Positions 1 to 9,845 of a stretch of DNA of 56,758 bases are shown here, piece by piece. The first letter of the stretch is position 1, and each line of letters begins with the position of its first letter. A model generated the notes under the pieces. That model saw nothing but the letters and a program-made list of their open reading frames with translations, ran no database searches and was not told the DNA's origin. The DNA is taken from the NCBI GenBank assembly GCA_038087875.1, contig JAXLNO010000115.1, forward strand, positions 1 through 56,758, given 5' to 3'. Position numbers and translations under genes: made by a program. Origin of the DNA: Malacoraja senta (taxonomy: Eukaryota).

Positions 1-169
1 GCATCTGCTGTTCCTTCCTACACTCGCTGAGGTGGGAGTTGTCTAGTTGGGGGGGGGGGGGGGGGGGGTTCGACTGTTGGTTTGTATATTGGTGATGTAT
101 CCCTCTTTGTCTTTCACTAGGAACTGCAAGATGAGCTAATTCAAGAGGTGGGACATAACTTTGTCTTAT

Positions 170-622
170 AGACATAGGTGCAGGCCATTCGGCCCTTCGT
201 GCCAGCACCGCCATTCACTGTGATCATGGCTGATCGTCACCAATCAGTACCCCGTTCCTGCTTCTCCCATATCCCCTGACTCCGCTATCTTTAAGAGCCC
301 TATCTAACTCTCTCTTGAAAACATCCAGTGAATTGGCCTCCACCGCCCTCTGTGGCAGAGAATTCCACAGACTCACGACACTCTGGGTGGAAAAAGTTTC
401 TCTTCGTCTCAGTCCTAAATGGCCACAGATTCACAACTCTCTGGGTGGAAAAGTTTCTCCTCATCTCAGTCCTAAGGGCCGACCCCTTATTCTTAAACTG
501 TGTGTGGCCCCTGGTTCTGGACTCCCCCAACATGGGGAACATGTTTCCTGCCTCTAGCGTGTCCAAACCCTTAACAATCTTAGATGTTTCAATAAGATAC
601 CCTCTCATCCTTCTACACTCCA
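170..622 (-). mobile_element. CR1/HER1-type LINE 3' fragment
   Basis: ORF 300..608 resembles the CR1 ORF2 C-terminus (GYLIET..TRGH..FSTQRVVNLW); near-identical copies occur at 1168, 9846 and 11660. Confidence 0.85.
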
Positions 623-705
623 GGGGGGAGGGGCAGTGAGGGGTGGGGAGGGGAGGGGGAGGGGGCGTTGAGTCCGGCTCTCACCTGAACCTTGACCATC
701 TCCAG

Positions 706-841
706 GCTCAGCAACTTGCCCGCCGGTCGCCTGTATCAGAGCCGGCTCCCCAGACCGCTGGCTGCAGATTCGACCGTCTCGCCAGCGTCCGAGGAGGCCA
801 TCTTGAATGAGTGCAATGAGGCGTGGCGGAAACTCGGTGAG
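706..841 (+). pseudogene. CENPK: CENPK-like exon A (centromere protein K N-terminus); no in-frame ATG in the exon
   Basis: Translates ...AADSTVSPASEEAILNECNEAWRKLGE, aligning with human CENP-K EEELIRECEEMWKDMEE. Strong phase-0 donor GAG|GTAAG at 841/842. The 5' boundary (ctccag at 704-705) is tentative. Confidence 0.75.
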
Positions 842-1004
842 GTAAGAACGCCCCCCCCCTCTTTTCCCCCTCTCCCCCCCTTCTTTCCCCCCTATCTCCC
901 CTCCTCTCTCATCCCCCTCTCACCCCCCTCTTTCCCCCCTTCTCACCCCTATGTCGAAGGGCCGAATGGCCTCCTGCACATATTTTCTAAGTTTCTATGT
1001 TCAA

Positions 1005-1738
1005 GGTGAAGGGAAAAGATTTAATAGGAATCTGAGGGGTAACTTTTTCCACACAGAGGGTGGTGGGTGTATGGGCAGGTGTGACTAGTATAGATGGGGC
1101 AGGTTGGCCGGCGTGGAAAAGTTGGGCTGAAGGGCCTGTTTCCACGCTGTATCACTGCATGTAGGTAGCCCTGGTGAGACCACACCTGGAGTATTGTGTG
1201 CAGTTTTGTTCCCCTAATTTGAGGAAGAACATTCTTGCTATTGAGGGAGCCCAGCGTAGGTTCACCAGGTTAATTCCCGGGATGGCGGGACTGTCATACG
1301 CTGAGAGAATGGAGCGGCTGGGGCTTGTACACTCTGGAGTTTAGAAGGATGAGAGGGCATCTCATAGAAACATCTAAAATTCTTAAAGGATTAGACACAC
1401 TAGAGGCAGGAAACATGTTCCCGATGTTGGGGGAGTCCAGAAACAGGGGCCACAGTTTAAGAATAAGGGGTCGGCCATTCAGGACTGAGACGAGGAGAAA
1501 CTTTCCCACCCAGAGAGTTGTGTGAATCTGTGGAATTCTCTGCCACAGACGGCAGTGGTGGCCGATTCACTGGATGTTTTCAAGAGAGATTTAGATTTAG
1601 CTCTTGGGGCTAACGGAATCAAGGGATATGGGGAGAAAGCAGGAACGGGGTACTGATTGGGGATGATCAGCCATGATCACATTGAATGGCGGTGCTGGCC
1701 CGAAGGGCCGAATGGCCTCTACTCCTGCAACTATTGTC
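1005..1738 (+). mobile_element. Two adjacent CR1/HER1-type LINE 3' fragments
   Basis: [39 protein letters not shown] followed by the 3' UTR ending gaagggccgaatggcctc. Confidence 0.85.
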
Positions 1739-1803
1739 TGTGGTTCCCTGTATCTGACGGTGGAGTTCTGCTGCCACCTCATGGCGGGCGGCTGCACTGC
1801 GAG

Positions 1804-1809
1804 CACACA

Positions 1810-1845
<36 letters not shown>

Positions 1846-1901
1846 ACGCACACACACACACACACACACACATTAATACACACACACACACACACACATT
1901 A

Positions 1902-1939
<38 letters not shown>

Positions 1940-2077
1940 TAACACACACACACACACACGCACACGCACACACACACACATTAATACACACACACACACA
2001 CACATTAATACACACACACACACACACACGCACATTAATACACGCACACGCACACGCACACGCACACACACACACAC

Positions 2078-2108
<31 letters not shown>

Positions 2109-2230
2109 TTAATACACACACACACACACACGCACACGCACACGCACACACACACACACACACACACATTAATACACACACACACACACACATTAATACA
2201 CACACACACACACACACACATTAATACACA

Positions 2231-2293
<63 letters not shown>

Positions 2294-2295
2294 TA

Positions 2296-2362
<67 letters not shown>
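1804..2362. repeat. (CA)n microsatellite punctuated by recurrent TTAATA
   Basis: Direct inspection. Confidence 0.95.
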
Positions 2363-2364
<2 letters not shown>

Positions 2365-2456
2365 AGTAGCTGGAGAAACTCAGCGGGTCAGGCAGCATCC
2401 GCGGAAGGCACGTTTACAGAGCCCAACGTGACTGACTCTCCCACCTCTGTCTGTAG

Positions 2457-2516
2457 TTTCACAACAAGCTCACCCTCTGTGATGCCCGAACTGTCATCCA
2501 GGACCCGGAAAACCCA
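2457..2516 (+). pseudogene. CENPK: CENPK-like exon B
   Basis: Branch-like ACTGAC at 2431, pyrimidine tract, acceptor ctgtag; 60 nt FHNKLTLCDARTVIQDPENP (human CQNKLSLIGTETLTDSNAQ); donor GTGAGT at 2517; phase 0 at both ends, in frame with exon A. Confidence 0.8.
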
Positions 2517-2619
2517 GTGAGTCTGTCTGTCTGCGAGGGGTGAGGGGGGGATGATAGAGGGGGAGGGGGGAAGGGGGAACAGGGGGTGAGAGAGGGACCG
2601 CTTGTACCCATTTAAAGAA

Positions 2620-3141
2620 CACAAAAATGCTGGAGAAACTCAGCGGGTGAGGCAGCATCTACGGAGCGAAGGGATAGGTGACGTTTCGGGTCGAGACCCT
2701 TCTTCAGACTGATGTGGAGGTGGGGGGGGGGCGGGAAGAAGAAAGGAAGAGGCGGAGCCAGTGGACTGAGGGAGAACTGGGAAGGGGAGGGGAAAGCAGG
2801 GACTACCTAAAACTGGAGAAGTCAATGTTCGTACCGCTGGGGTGTAGACTGACCAAGCGGAATATGAAGGGCTGCTCCTCCAATTTACGGTGGGACTCAC
2901 TCTGGCCATGGAGGAGGCCCAGGACAGAAAGATCGGATTGGGAATGGGAGGGGGAGTTGAAGTGCTGAGCCACCGGGAGATCGGGTTGGTTAATGCGGAC
3001 CGAGCGGAGGTGTTGGGCGAAACGATCGCCGAGCCTGCGCTTGGTCTCACCGATGTAGATCAGCTGACTCTAGAGCAGCGATGCAATAGATGAGGTTGGA
3101 GGAGGTTAAGGAGAACTCTGTCGCACCTGGAACGACTGCTT
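2620..3141 (-). mobile_element. Penelope-like retroelement 3' fragment (degenerate GIY-YIG endonuclease plus terminal repeat)
   Basis: Minus strand ~3105-2995 reads (with frameshifts) SSNLIYCI..QLIYIGETKRRLGDRFAQHLRSVR, a GIY-YIG motif. The terminal segment 2620-2711 is shared with the elements at 52505 and 53140. Confidence 0.8.
2677..2711 (-). ncRNA. Minimal hammerhead-ribozyme-like motif in the Penelope terminal repeat
   Basis: Minus strand CAGT-CTGAAGA-A-GGGTC-TC-GACCC-GAAA-CGTC-ACC: CUGANGA box, 5-bp stem II, GAAA box and palindromic ACGT, as in minimal hammerheads of Penelope-like elements. Confidence 0.55.
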
Positions 3142-3164
3142 GACTCACTCATTTAATCCTGGCT

Positions 3165-3430
3165 TTTCCTTCTCCCTCTCTCTCCCTCTCTCTCCCCTCC
3201 TCTCCCTTCTCTCCCACCCGTCTCTCCCCCTCTCTCCTCTCCCCCTCCACTCTCCTCTCTCCCCTCTCTCTCTCCTGTCTCTCTCCCCCTCTCTCTCTCC
3301 CTCCCCCCTCTCTCCGCCCTCTCTCTCCCCCTCTCTCTCTCCCCCCCTCTCTCTCCTCCCCTCTCTCTCCCCCCTCTCTCTCCTCCCCCTCCTCTCCCCC
3401 CTCTCTCACCCCCTCTGCCCCTCTCTCTCC
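3165..3430. repeat. Polypyrimidine (CT-rich) low-complexity tract
   Basis: Direct inspection. Confidence 0.9.
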
Positions 3431-3476
3431 TCGTTACTGGCAGAGTTGAACGTGCAGAAGAGCAGGGAACCCGAGT
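3431..3476 (+). pseudogene. CENPK: CENPK-like exon C, 5' part and in-frame splice acceptor missing
   Basis: SLLAELNVQKSREPE vs human CLTAELSQWQKKTPE; donor GTGAGT at 3477 (phase 1). The upstream CT tract has no AG; the nearest CAG (3441-3443) would give an immediate stop (AGT TGA). Confidence 0.65.
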
Positions 3477-3617
3477 GTGAGTGGGGTCTCGCGGGTACGG
3501 GGGTCTCGTGGGCGGGGAGGGTGTCAAAGGTCACGTCCTCCCACCCCCCGACCTGTGAAATGGTCAAAAAGTCTTGACCATCCATCTTAGACCCATCAAA
3601 ATGGGTGGCCTCCCTGT

Positions 3618-3999
3618 CACACGCACACAGACGCACACACGCACACACACACACACACACGCACGCACGCACATATACACACGCGCACACACACACACAC
3701 GCACATACAAACACACACACACACGCACACACACACACACACACACACAAGCACGCACACACATTCAAACACACACACGCTCATTCAAACACACACGCAC
3801 ACACACACACAAACACATGCACACACACAACACATGCACACACACGCACACACACGCATATACAAACACACACGCACATCCAAACACACGCACACACACA
3901 TACTCACACACACACACGCGCACACACACACATACACGTCACACACAGATACACACACACTCACACACGCGCACACGCACACACACACACTCATACGCG

Positions 4000-4038
<39 letters not shown>

Positions 4039-4109
4039 ACACACACAAACACACTAATACACACACACATAGACACACACACACACACACACAAACACAC
4101 TAATACACA

Positions 4110-4157
<48 letters not shown>

Positions 4158-4209
4158 AATACACACACACATAGACACACACACACACACACAAACACAC
4201 TAATACACA

Positions 4210-4242
<33 letters not shown>
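3618..4242. repeat. Degenerate (CA)n microsatellite
   Basis: Direct inspection. Confidence 0.95.
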
Positions 4243-4245
<3 letters not shown>

Positions 4246-4333
4246 GACGTATAACCATATAACCATATAAATATTACAGCATGGAAACAAGCCATCTCGA
4301 CCCTTCTAGTCCGTGCCGAACACGTATTCTCCC

Positions 4334-7279
4334 CTAGTCCCATCTACCTGCGCTCAGACCATAACCCTCCATTCCTTTCCCGTCCATATAACTATCCAAT
4401 TTATTTTTAAATGATAAAAACGAACCTGCCTCCACCACCTTCACTGGAAGCTCATTCCACACAGCCACCACTCTCTGAGTAAAGAAGTTCCCCCTCATGT
4501 TCCCCCTAAACTTCTGTCCCTTAATTCTCAAGTCATGTCCCCTTGTTTGAATCTTCCCTACTCTCAGTGGGAAAAGCTTATCCACGTCAACTCTGTCTAT
4601 CCCTCTCATCATTTTAAAGACCTCTATCAAGTCCCCCCTTAACCTTCTGCGCTCCAAAGAATAAAGCCCTAACTTGTTCAACCTTTCTCTGTAACTTAGT
4701 TGCTGAAAGCCAGGCAACATTCTAGTAAATCTCCTCTGTACTCTCTCTATTTTGTTGACATCCTTCCTATAATTAGGCGACCAAAATTGTACACCATACT
4801 CCAGAATTGGCCTCACCAATGCCTTGTACAATTTTAACATTACATCCCAACTTCTATATTCAATGCTCTGATTTATAAAAGCCAGCACACCAAAAGCTTT
4901 CTTTACCACCCTATCTACATGAGATTCCACTTTCAGGGAACTGTGCACAGTTATTCCAAGATCCCTCTGTTCACCTGCATTCTTCAATTCCCTACCATTT
5001 ACCATGTACGTCCTATTTTGATTTGTCCTGCCAAGATGTAGCACCTCACACTTATCAGCATTAAACTCCATCTGCCATCTTTCAGCCCACTCTTCCAACC
5101 GGCATACATCTCTCTGTAGACTTTGAAAATCTACTTCATTATCCACAACACCACCTATCTTAGTATCATCTGCATACTTCCTAATCCAATTTACCACACC
5201 ATCATCCAGATCATTGATGTACATGACAAACAACAGTGGACCCAACACAGATCCCTGAGGCACCCCACTAGTCACCGGCCTCCAACCTGACAAACAACCA
5301 TCCACCATTACTCTCTGGCATCTCCCATTCAGCCACTGTTGAATCCATCTTGCTACTCCACCATTAATACCCAACAATTGAATCTTCTTAACCAACCTTC
5401 CGTGAGGAACCTTGTCAAAGGCCTTACTGAAGTCCATATATACAACATCCACGGCTTTACCCTCATCAATTTCCCGAGTAACCTCTTCAAAAAATTCTAG
5501 AAGATTAGTCAAACATGACCTTCCAGGCACAAATCCATGTTGACTGTTCCTAATCAGCCCCTGTTTATCCAGATGCTTATATATATTATCTCTAAGTATC
5601 CTTTCCATTAATTTGCCCACCACTGACGTCAAACTAACAGGTCTATAATTGCTAGGTTTACTCTTAGACCCCTTTTTAAACAATGGAACAACATGCGCAG
5701 TACGCCAATCCTCCGGCACTATTGCCGTTTCCAGTGACATTTGAAATATTTCTGTCATAGCCCCTGCTATTTCTACACTAACTTCCCTCAATGTCCTAGG
5801 GAATATCCTGTCCGGACCTGGAGACTTATCCACTTTTATATTTCTCAAAAGTGTCTGCACCTCCTCTTCTTTGAATCTCATAGTTTCCATAGCTACTCTA
5901 CTTGTTTCCCTTACCTCACATAATTCAATATCCTTCTCCTTGGTGAATACCGAAGAAAAGAAATTGTTCAATATCTCCCCCTTCTCTTTTGGCTCTGCAG
6001 ATAGCTGTCCACTCTGACTCTCTAATGGACCAATTTTATCCCTCGTTATCCTTTTGCTATTAATATAGCTGTAGAAACCCTTTGGATTTACTTTCACCTT
6101 ACTTGCCAAAGCAACCTCATATCTTCTTTTAGCTTTTCTAATTTCTTTCTTAATATTCTTTTTACATTTTCTATACTCCTCAAGCACCTCATTTACTCTA
6201 TGCTGCCTATAATTATTGTAGATCTCTCTCTTTTTCTGAACTAAGTGTCCAATTTCCCTTGAAAACCATGGCTCTTTCCAATTTTTACTATTTCCTTTCA
6301 ACCGAACAGGGACATAAAGATTCTGTACTCTTAAAATTTCACCTTTAAATGTCCTCCATTTCTCTTCCACATCTTTCCCATAAAACAAACTGTCCCAATT
6401 CACTCCTTTTAAATCCTTTCGCATCTCCTCAAAGTTAGCCTTTCTCCAAACAAAAATCTCAACCCTAGGTCCAGTTCTCACCCTCTCCATAATTATATTG
6501 AAACTAATGGTATTGTGATCACTGGTCCCGAACTGTTCCCCAACGCATACCTCTGCCACCTGACCCGTCTCATTTCCTAACAGGAGGTCCAGCACTGCCC
6601 CTTCTCTAGTAGGTACCTCTATGTATTGCTGCAAAAAACAATCTTGCACACATTTTACAAACTCCAAACCATCCAGCCCATTTACAGAATGTGTTTCCCA
6701 GTCTATGTGTGGAAAATTGAAATCTCCCACAATCACTACCTTGTGCTTACTACTAATATCTGCAATCTCCTTACATATTTGCTCCTCCAATTCTCGCTCC
6801 CCATTTGGCGGTCTATAATACACCCCTATAAGTGTTGCTACACCTTTCCCATTTCTCAGTTCCACCCAAATAGCCTCCCTAGACGAGCCCTCTAATCTAT
6901 CCTGCCAAAGCACTGCTGTAATATCTTCCTTGACAAGCAATGCAACACCCCCACCTCTTGCCCCTCCAATTCTATCACCCCTGAAGCAACGAAATCCTGG
7001 AATATTTATTTGCCAATCACAGCCCTCCTGCAACCATGTTTCACTGATCGCCACAACATCATACTTCCAGGTGTCAATCCAGGCTCTAAGCTCATCCACC
7101 TTTCTTACAATGCTCCTAGCATTAAAATATACACATTTAAGAAACCCACCACCACTTATTCTCTGTTTATTATCTTTTTCTTCTTTCTCCCCTACATTTT
7201 GGGTCCGAGTGCTTCCCTTCTCTGCCTCCTGCCTCCCACATTTTCCACTAGCTTTCTCTATTTGAGTCCCTCCCCCCAA
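4334..7279 (-). CDS. CR1 ORF2: apurinic-like endonuclease + reverse transcriptase (981 codons, uninterrupted; the frame opens at TTG)
   Basis: YFNARS, ISETW, GDFN, SDH (endonuclease); KSPGPD, NYRPVSLTS, QHGF, DFSKAFD, GVPQGSVLGP, YADD (RT). Confidence 0.95.
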   Translation of the reverse strand: MGGGTQIEKASGKCGRQEAEKGSTRTQNVGEKEEKDNKQRISGGGFLKCVYFNARSIVRKVDELRAWIDTWKYDVVAISETWLQEGCDWQINIPGFRCFRGDRIGGARGGGVALLVKEDITAVLWQDRLEGSSREAIWVELRNGKGVATLIGVYYRPPNGERELEEQICKEIADISSKHKVVIVGDFNFPHIDWETHSVNGLDGLEFVKCVQDCFLQQYIEVPTREGAVLDLLLGNETGQVAEVCVGEQFGTSDHNTISFNIIMERVRTGPRVEIFVWRKANFEEMRKDLKGVNWDSLFYGKDVEEKWRTFKGEILRVQNLYVPVRLKGNSKNWKEPWFSREIGHLVQKKREIYNNYRQHRVNEVLEEYRKCKKNIKKEIRKAKRRYEVALASKVKVNPKGFYSYINSKRITRDKIGPLESQSGQLSAEPKEKGEILNNFFSSVFTKEKDIELCEVRETSRVAMETMRFKEEEVQTLLRNIKVDKSPGPDRIFPRTLREVSVEIAGAMTEIFQMSLETAIVPEDWRTAHVVPLFKKGSKSKPSNYRPVSLTSVVGKLMERILRDNIYKHLDKQGLIRNSQHGFVPGRSCLTNLLEFFEEVTREIDEGKAVDVVYMDFSKAFDKVPHGRLVKKIQLLGINGGVARWIQQWLNGRCQRVMVDGCLSGWRPVTSGVPQGSVLGPLLFVMYINDLDDGVVNWIRKYADDTKIGGVVDNEVDFQSLQRDVCRLEEWAERWQMEFNADKCEVLHLGRTNQNRTYMVNGRELKNAGEQRDLGITVHSSLKVESHVDRVVKKAFGVLAFINQSIEYRSWDVMLKLYKALVRPILEYGVQFWSPNYRKDVNKIERVQRRFTRMLPGFQQLSYRERLNKLGLYSLERRRLRGDLIEVFKMMRGIDRVDVDKLFPLRVGKIQTRGHDLRIKGQKFRGNMRGNFFTQRVVAVWNELPVKVVEAGSFLSFKNKLDSYMDGKGMEGYGLSAGRWD

Positions 7280-7284
7280 CCGTT

Positions 7285-8243
7285 CTAGTTTAAAGTCTCC
7301 CCTGTATCCTTTGCAAATCTCCCCGCCAGGATATTGGTCCCCCTCGGGTTCAAGTGCAACCCGTCCTTTCTGTACAGGTCACTCCTTCCCCAAAAGAAGT
7401 CCCAATGATCCAGAAATTTGAATCCCTGCCCGCTGCACCAGTTCCTCAGCCACGCATTTATCCTCCACCTCACTCCATTCCTACTCTCACCGTCACGTGG
7501 CACAGGCAGTAATCCTGAGATTGTTACCTTTGTAAACCTTCTCCTTAACTCTCCTCCCAACTCCCTAAATTCTCCTTTCAAGACCTCTTCTCTTTTTCTA
7601 CCTATGTCATTGGTACCTATATGTACCACAATCTCAGGCTCCTCTCCCTCCGATTTCAGGATGTCTTGGACCTGTTCAGACACATCCCTGACCCTGGCAC
7701 CAGGGAGGCAAACTACCATCCGGGTCTCCTGACTGCGTCCACAGAATCGCCTATCCGACCCCCTAACCATAGAGTCCCCTATTACTATTGCCCTCCTCTT
7801 CTTTTCCCTACCCTTCTGAGCAATAGGGCTGGTCTCTGTGCCGGAAGCCCGGCCGCTGTTGCTACCCCCAGGAAGGCTGTCCCACCCAACAGTACTCAAA
7901 CAGGAGTACTTATTTTCAAGGTGTACAGCCACCGGGGTACTCACTAGTCCCTGCCTCTGCCCCTTGCCCTTCCTAACCGTGACCCACTTGTCTGCCTCCC
8001 TATAACTCTTGTGGCCACCTCCCTATAACTCTTTTCTATGACCTCCTCACTCTCCCTGATCAGACAGAGGTCATCGAGCTGCTGCTCCAGGTTCCTAACA
8101 CGGTCCTAACACGGGTTCCTAACACGGTCCCTTAGGAACCCCATCTCTACGCACCTGACACAGATGTGAACGTCTGGAGGGGTATCAGACTCCATGACCT
8201 CCCACATCTGACATCCAGAACAGTAAACTGCCCTGGCCCTCAT
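7285..8243 (-). pseudogene. CR1 ORF1 (zinc finger, coiled coil, SGNH esterase), 5' part disrupted by short duplications
   Basis: ATG at 8243 gives [36 protein letters not shown]; the C-terminal part has GDS, PGA, HIGTND and DGLH. Local duplications near 7996-8033 (ctccctataactctt x2) and 8094-8127 (cctaacacgg x3). Confidence 0.85.
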
Positions 8244-8256
8244 ACTCCCCCCTTAC

Positions 8257-8333
8257 CCTGGATACAATACAAAAATGGTGGAGGAAATCAGACATGGAAC
8301 GAAATCCAGGGAGAACACCAGGATCTTTCTTGT
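8257..8333 (-). CDS. Caspase-14-like exon (linker and start of the small subunit)
   Basis: Acceptor ttttcag; phase-1 entry continues QACRG into [26 protein letters not shown] (human CASP14 EQRDPG...PTYTDALHVYSTVEG); donor GTAAG at 8256. Confidence 0.65.
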
Positions 8334-8370
8334 CTGAAAACTGCACACAAAACGCTTTCAACACCAACCC

Positions 8371-8508
<138 letters not shown>

Positions 8509-8613
8509 AGGCCCCTCTCTCCCCCTCCCCCCCTTTACATCGGGGACCTGGGGTGGAGAGCGTTGCGCAGAGCTGTGGCGTGTAACAGATATTTGACAAT
8601 AGACAATACACAA

Positions 8614-9845
8614 TCTATCTATCTATCTATATCTATTATAATATTAAAACTCTGTGTGTGGTGGCTGGCTGCCACTTGCTTGACTTGTGCCAGCCAGCCC
8701 CTTTGATAACACCGCACGCCCCAGGTAGCCAGCCCCTACGCCAACACCGCACGCAGAAACGCCGAGATTTTTTCCATTTCGGTAGAGATTTCATTTTTCT
8801 TTACGATTAGCCACTCCTGATTACATTTCGTCGTATTTATGTACACATTTTTAAATAAAGTCCATCACCCCCCCCCCCCACTCACTCATTTTGTCTCCTC
8901 CTGCTGGTCAGCCACCATAACGGCTGCTGTCGACCGCCTCTGCTCCGAAAACGACGCCATCTTTTTTTCCCTAGTGATTTTCACCCCGGGATATGAATCA
9001 CGTTCGGACTCTAAAACCCCGGGTTCTGAAGCACGTTCAGTGTCCAGGGATCTGAAGCACGTTCTGGATTTTCACCCCGGGGTCTGAAACATGTTCTGGG
9101 TTTTTTTCGCTAATGATTTTCACCCAGGGTTCTGAAGCACGTTCGGGATCTCACACCCCGGGGTCTGAAGCACGTTCGGTGTCCAGACCCAACGGGTCTG
9201 CACTTGGTCTAGTATATATAACTAAAAGTCTCATCTTGACCACTTCCTGTCTGCGCTGTATATAGATTTTAGAAAAAACGAGGGAGAGGCCGCAACTGTC
9301 ATTCTAAGCTGTGAATCAACTGAACTGTGAGTCTGCAATGTACTTGCAATAAATGATTTGTTGGTCCTTAATGACAATGCAATGAGTTGTTTGGCAATTT
9401 GGTGGCCTGCACTCTGCTTGAAATGCTATGAAATTGAATGAGGTGGCCTGCACTCAGCTTGAAACGCTATGAAATTGAATTTGGTGGCCTGCACTCTGCT
9501 TGAAGTGGAATTTCAAGGAATAGCCGTGAGTGAACTGCCAATCCACCAGCCCTGAGTGACTGATCTGCCAGCCCACCAGCCCTGAGTGACTGAGCTGCCA
9601 GCCCACCAGGCCTGAGTGACTGACCTGCCACCCCAAAAATCCATTCGGCCCACAATATCCATACTAATCTTCTGGAAACCAGTCCCTTCGGCCCACAACA
9701 CCCATACTAGCGCTCCAAACCCCCCCCCCCCGCCTCCCCCCCACACTGGACACCAATATTGGAATTGGTGGAGAGGTGGAATATTGCGTTGGGGGACCAG
9801 CCCTCCCATGTGAACATGGGACCCAACGGGTCCAACTTAGTCTAG
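8614..9845 (+). mobile_element. Non-autonomous Helitron (outer element B)
   Basis: Begins TC after A, ends CTAG before T; subterminal hairpin GGACCC-AAC-GGGTCC at 9819-9833; no target duplication. Removal restores the (GACAATA)n LINE tail: gacaata-cacaa|ta-gacaata. Internal ~41-bp and ~29-bp tandem repeats. Confidence 0.85.
8632..9212 (+). mobile_element. Non-autonomous Helitron (inner element A, nested in the 5' end of B)
   Basis: A|TCTATTATAATATTAAAAC start; hairpin CAGACCC-AAC-GGGTCTG at 9184-9200; CTAG|T at 9209-9213; internal repeats of caccccggggtctgaagcacgttc at ~8975-9180. Confidence 0.8.

Larger units (their letters stand above)
4251..8250 (-). mobile_element. Near full-length CR1-clade LINE (ORF1 + ORF2 + 3' microsatellite tail)
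   Basis: ORF1 with zinc finger and esterase, ORF2 with endonuclease and RT, short 3' UTR and an 8-bp repeated tail (TTATATGG)n at 4251-4270. Little or no 5' UTR retained. Confidence 0.95.

Noticed and set aside
685..730. Minus-strand exon-like ATGGTCAAGGTTCAG|GTGAG
   Set aside because: Too short to assign, no partner exon found, and it overlaps the better-supported CENPK-like exon.
2474..2530. Minus-strand exon-like segment DRQTHWVFRVLDDSSGITEG
   Set aside because: It is the antisense of CENPK-like exon B and has no recognisable homology.
3553..3613. Possible further minus-strand caspase exon (cag|GGAGGCC...CAG|gtcggg)
   Set aside because: Phase-0 joining gives GGHPF-stop, and no frame resembles the caspase small subunit.
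1597..4203. Cys/Val-, His/Thr- and Glu/Arg/Gly-rich ORFs
   Set aside because: Translations of (CA)n and CT-rich simple repeats; the same applies to 48027-49203, 50174-50924 and 55362-56129.
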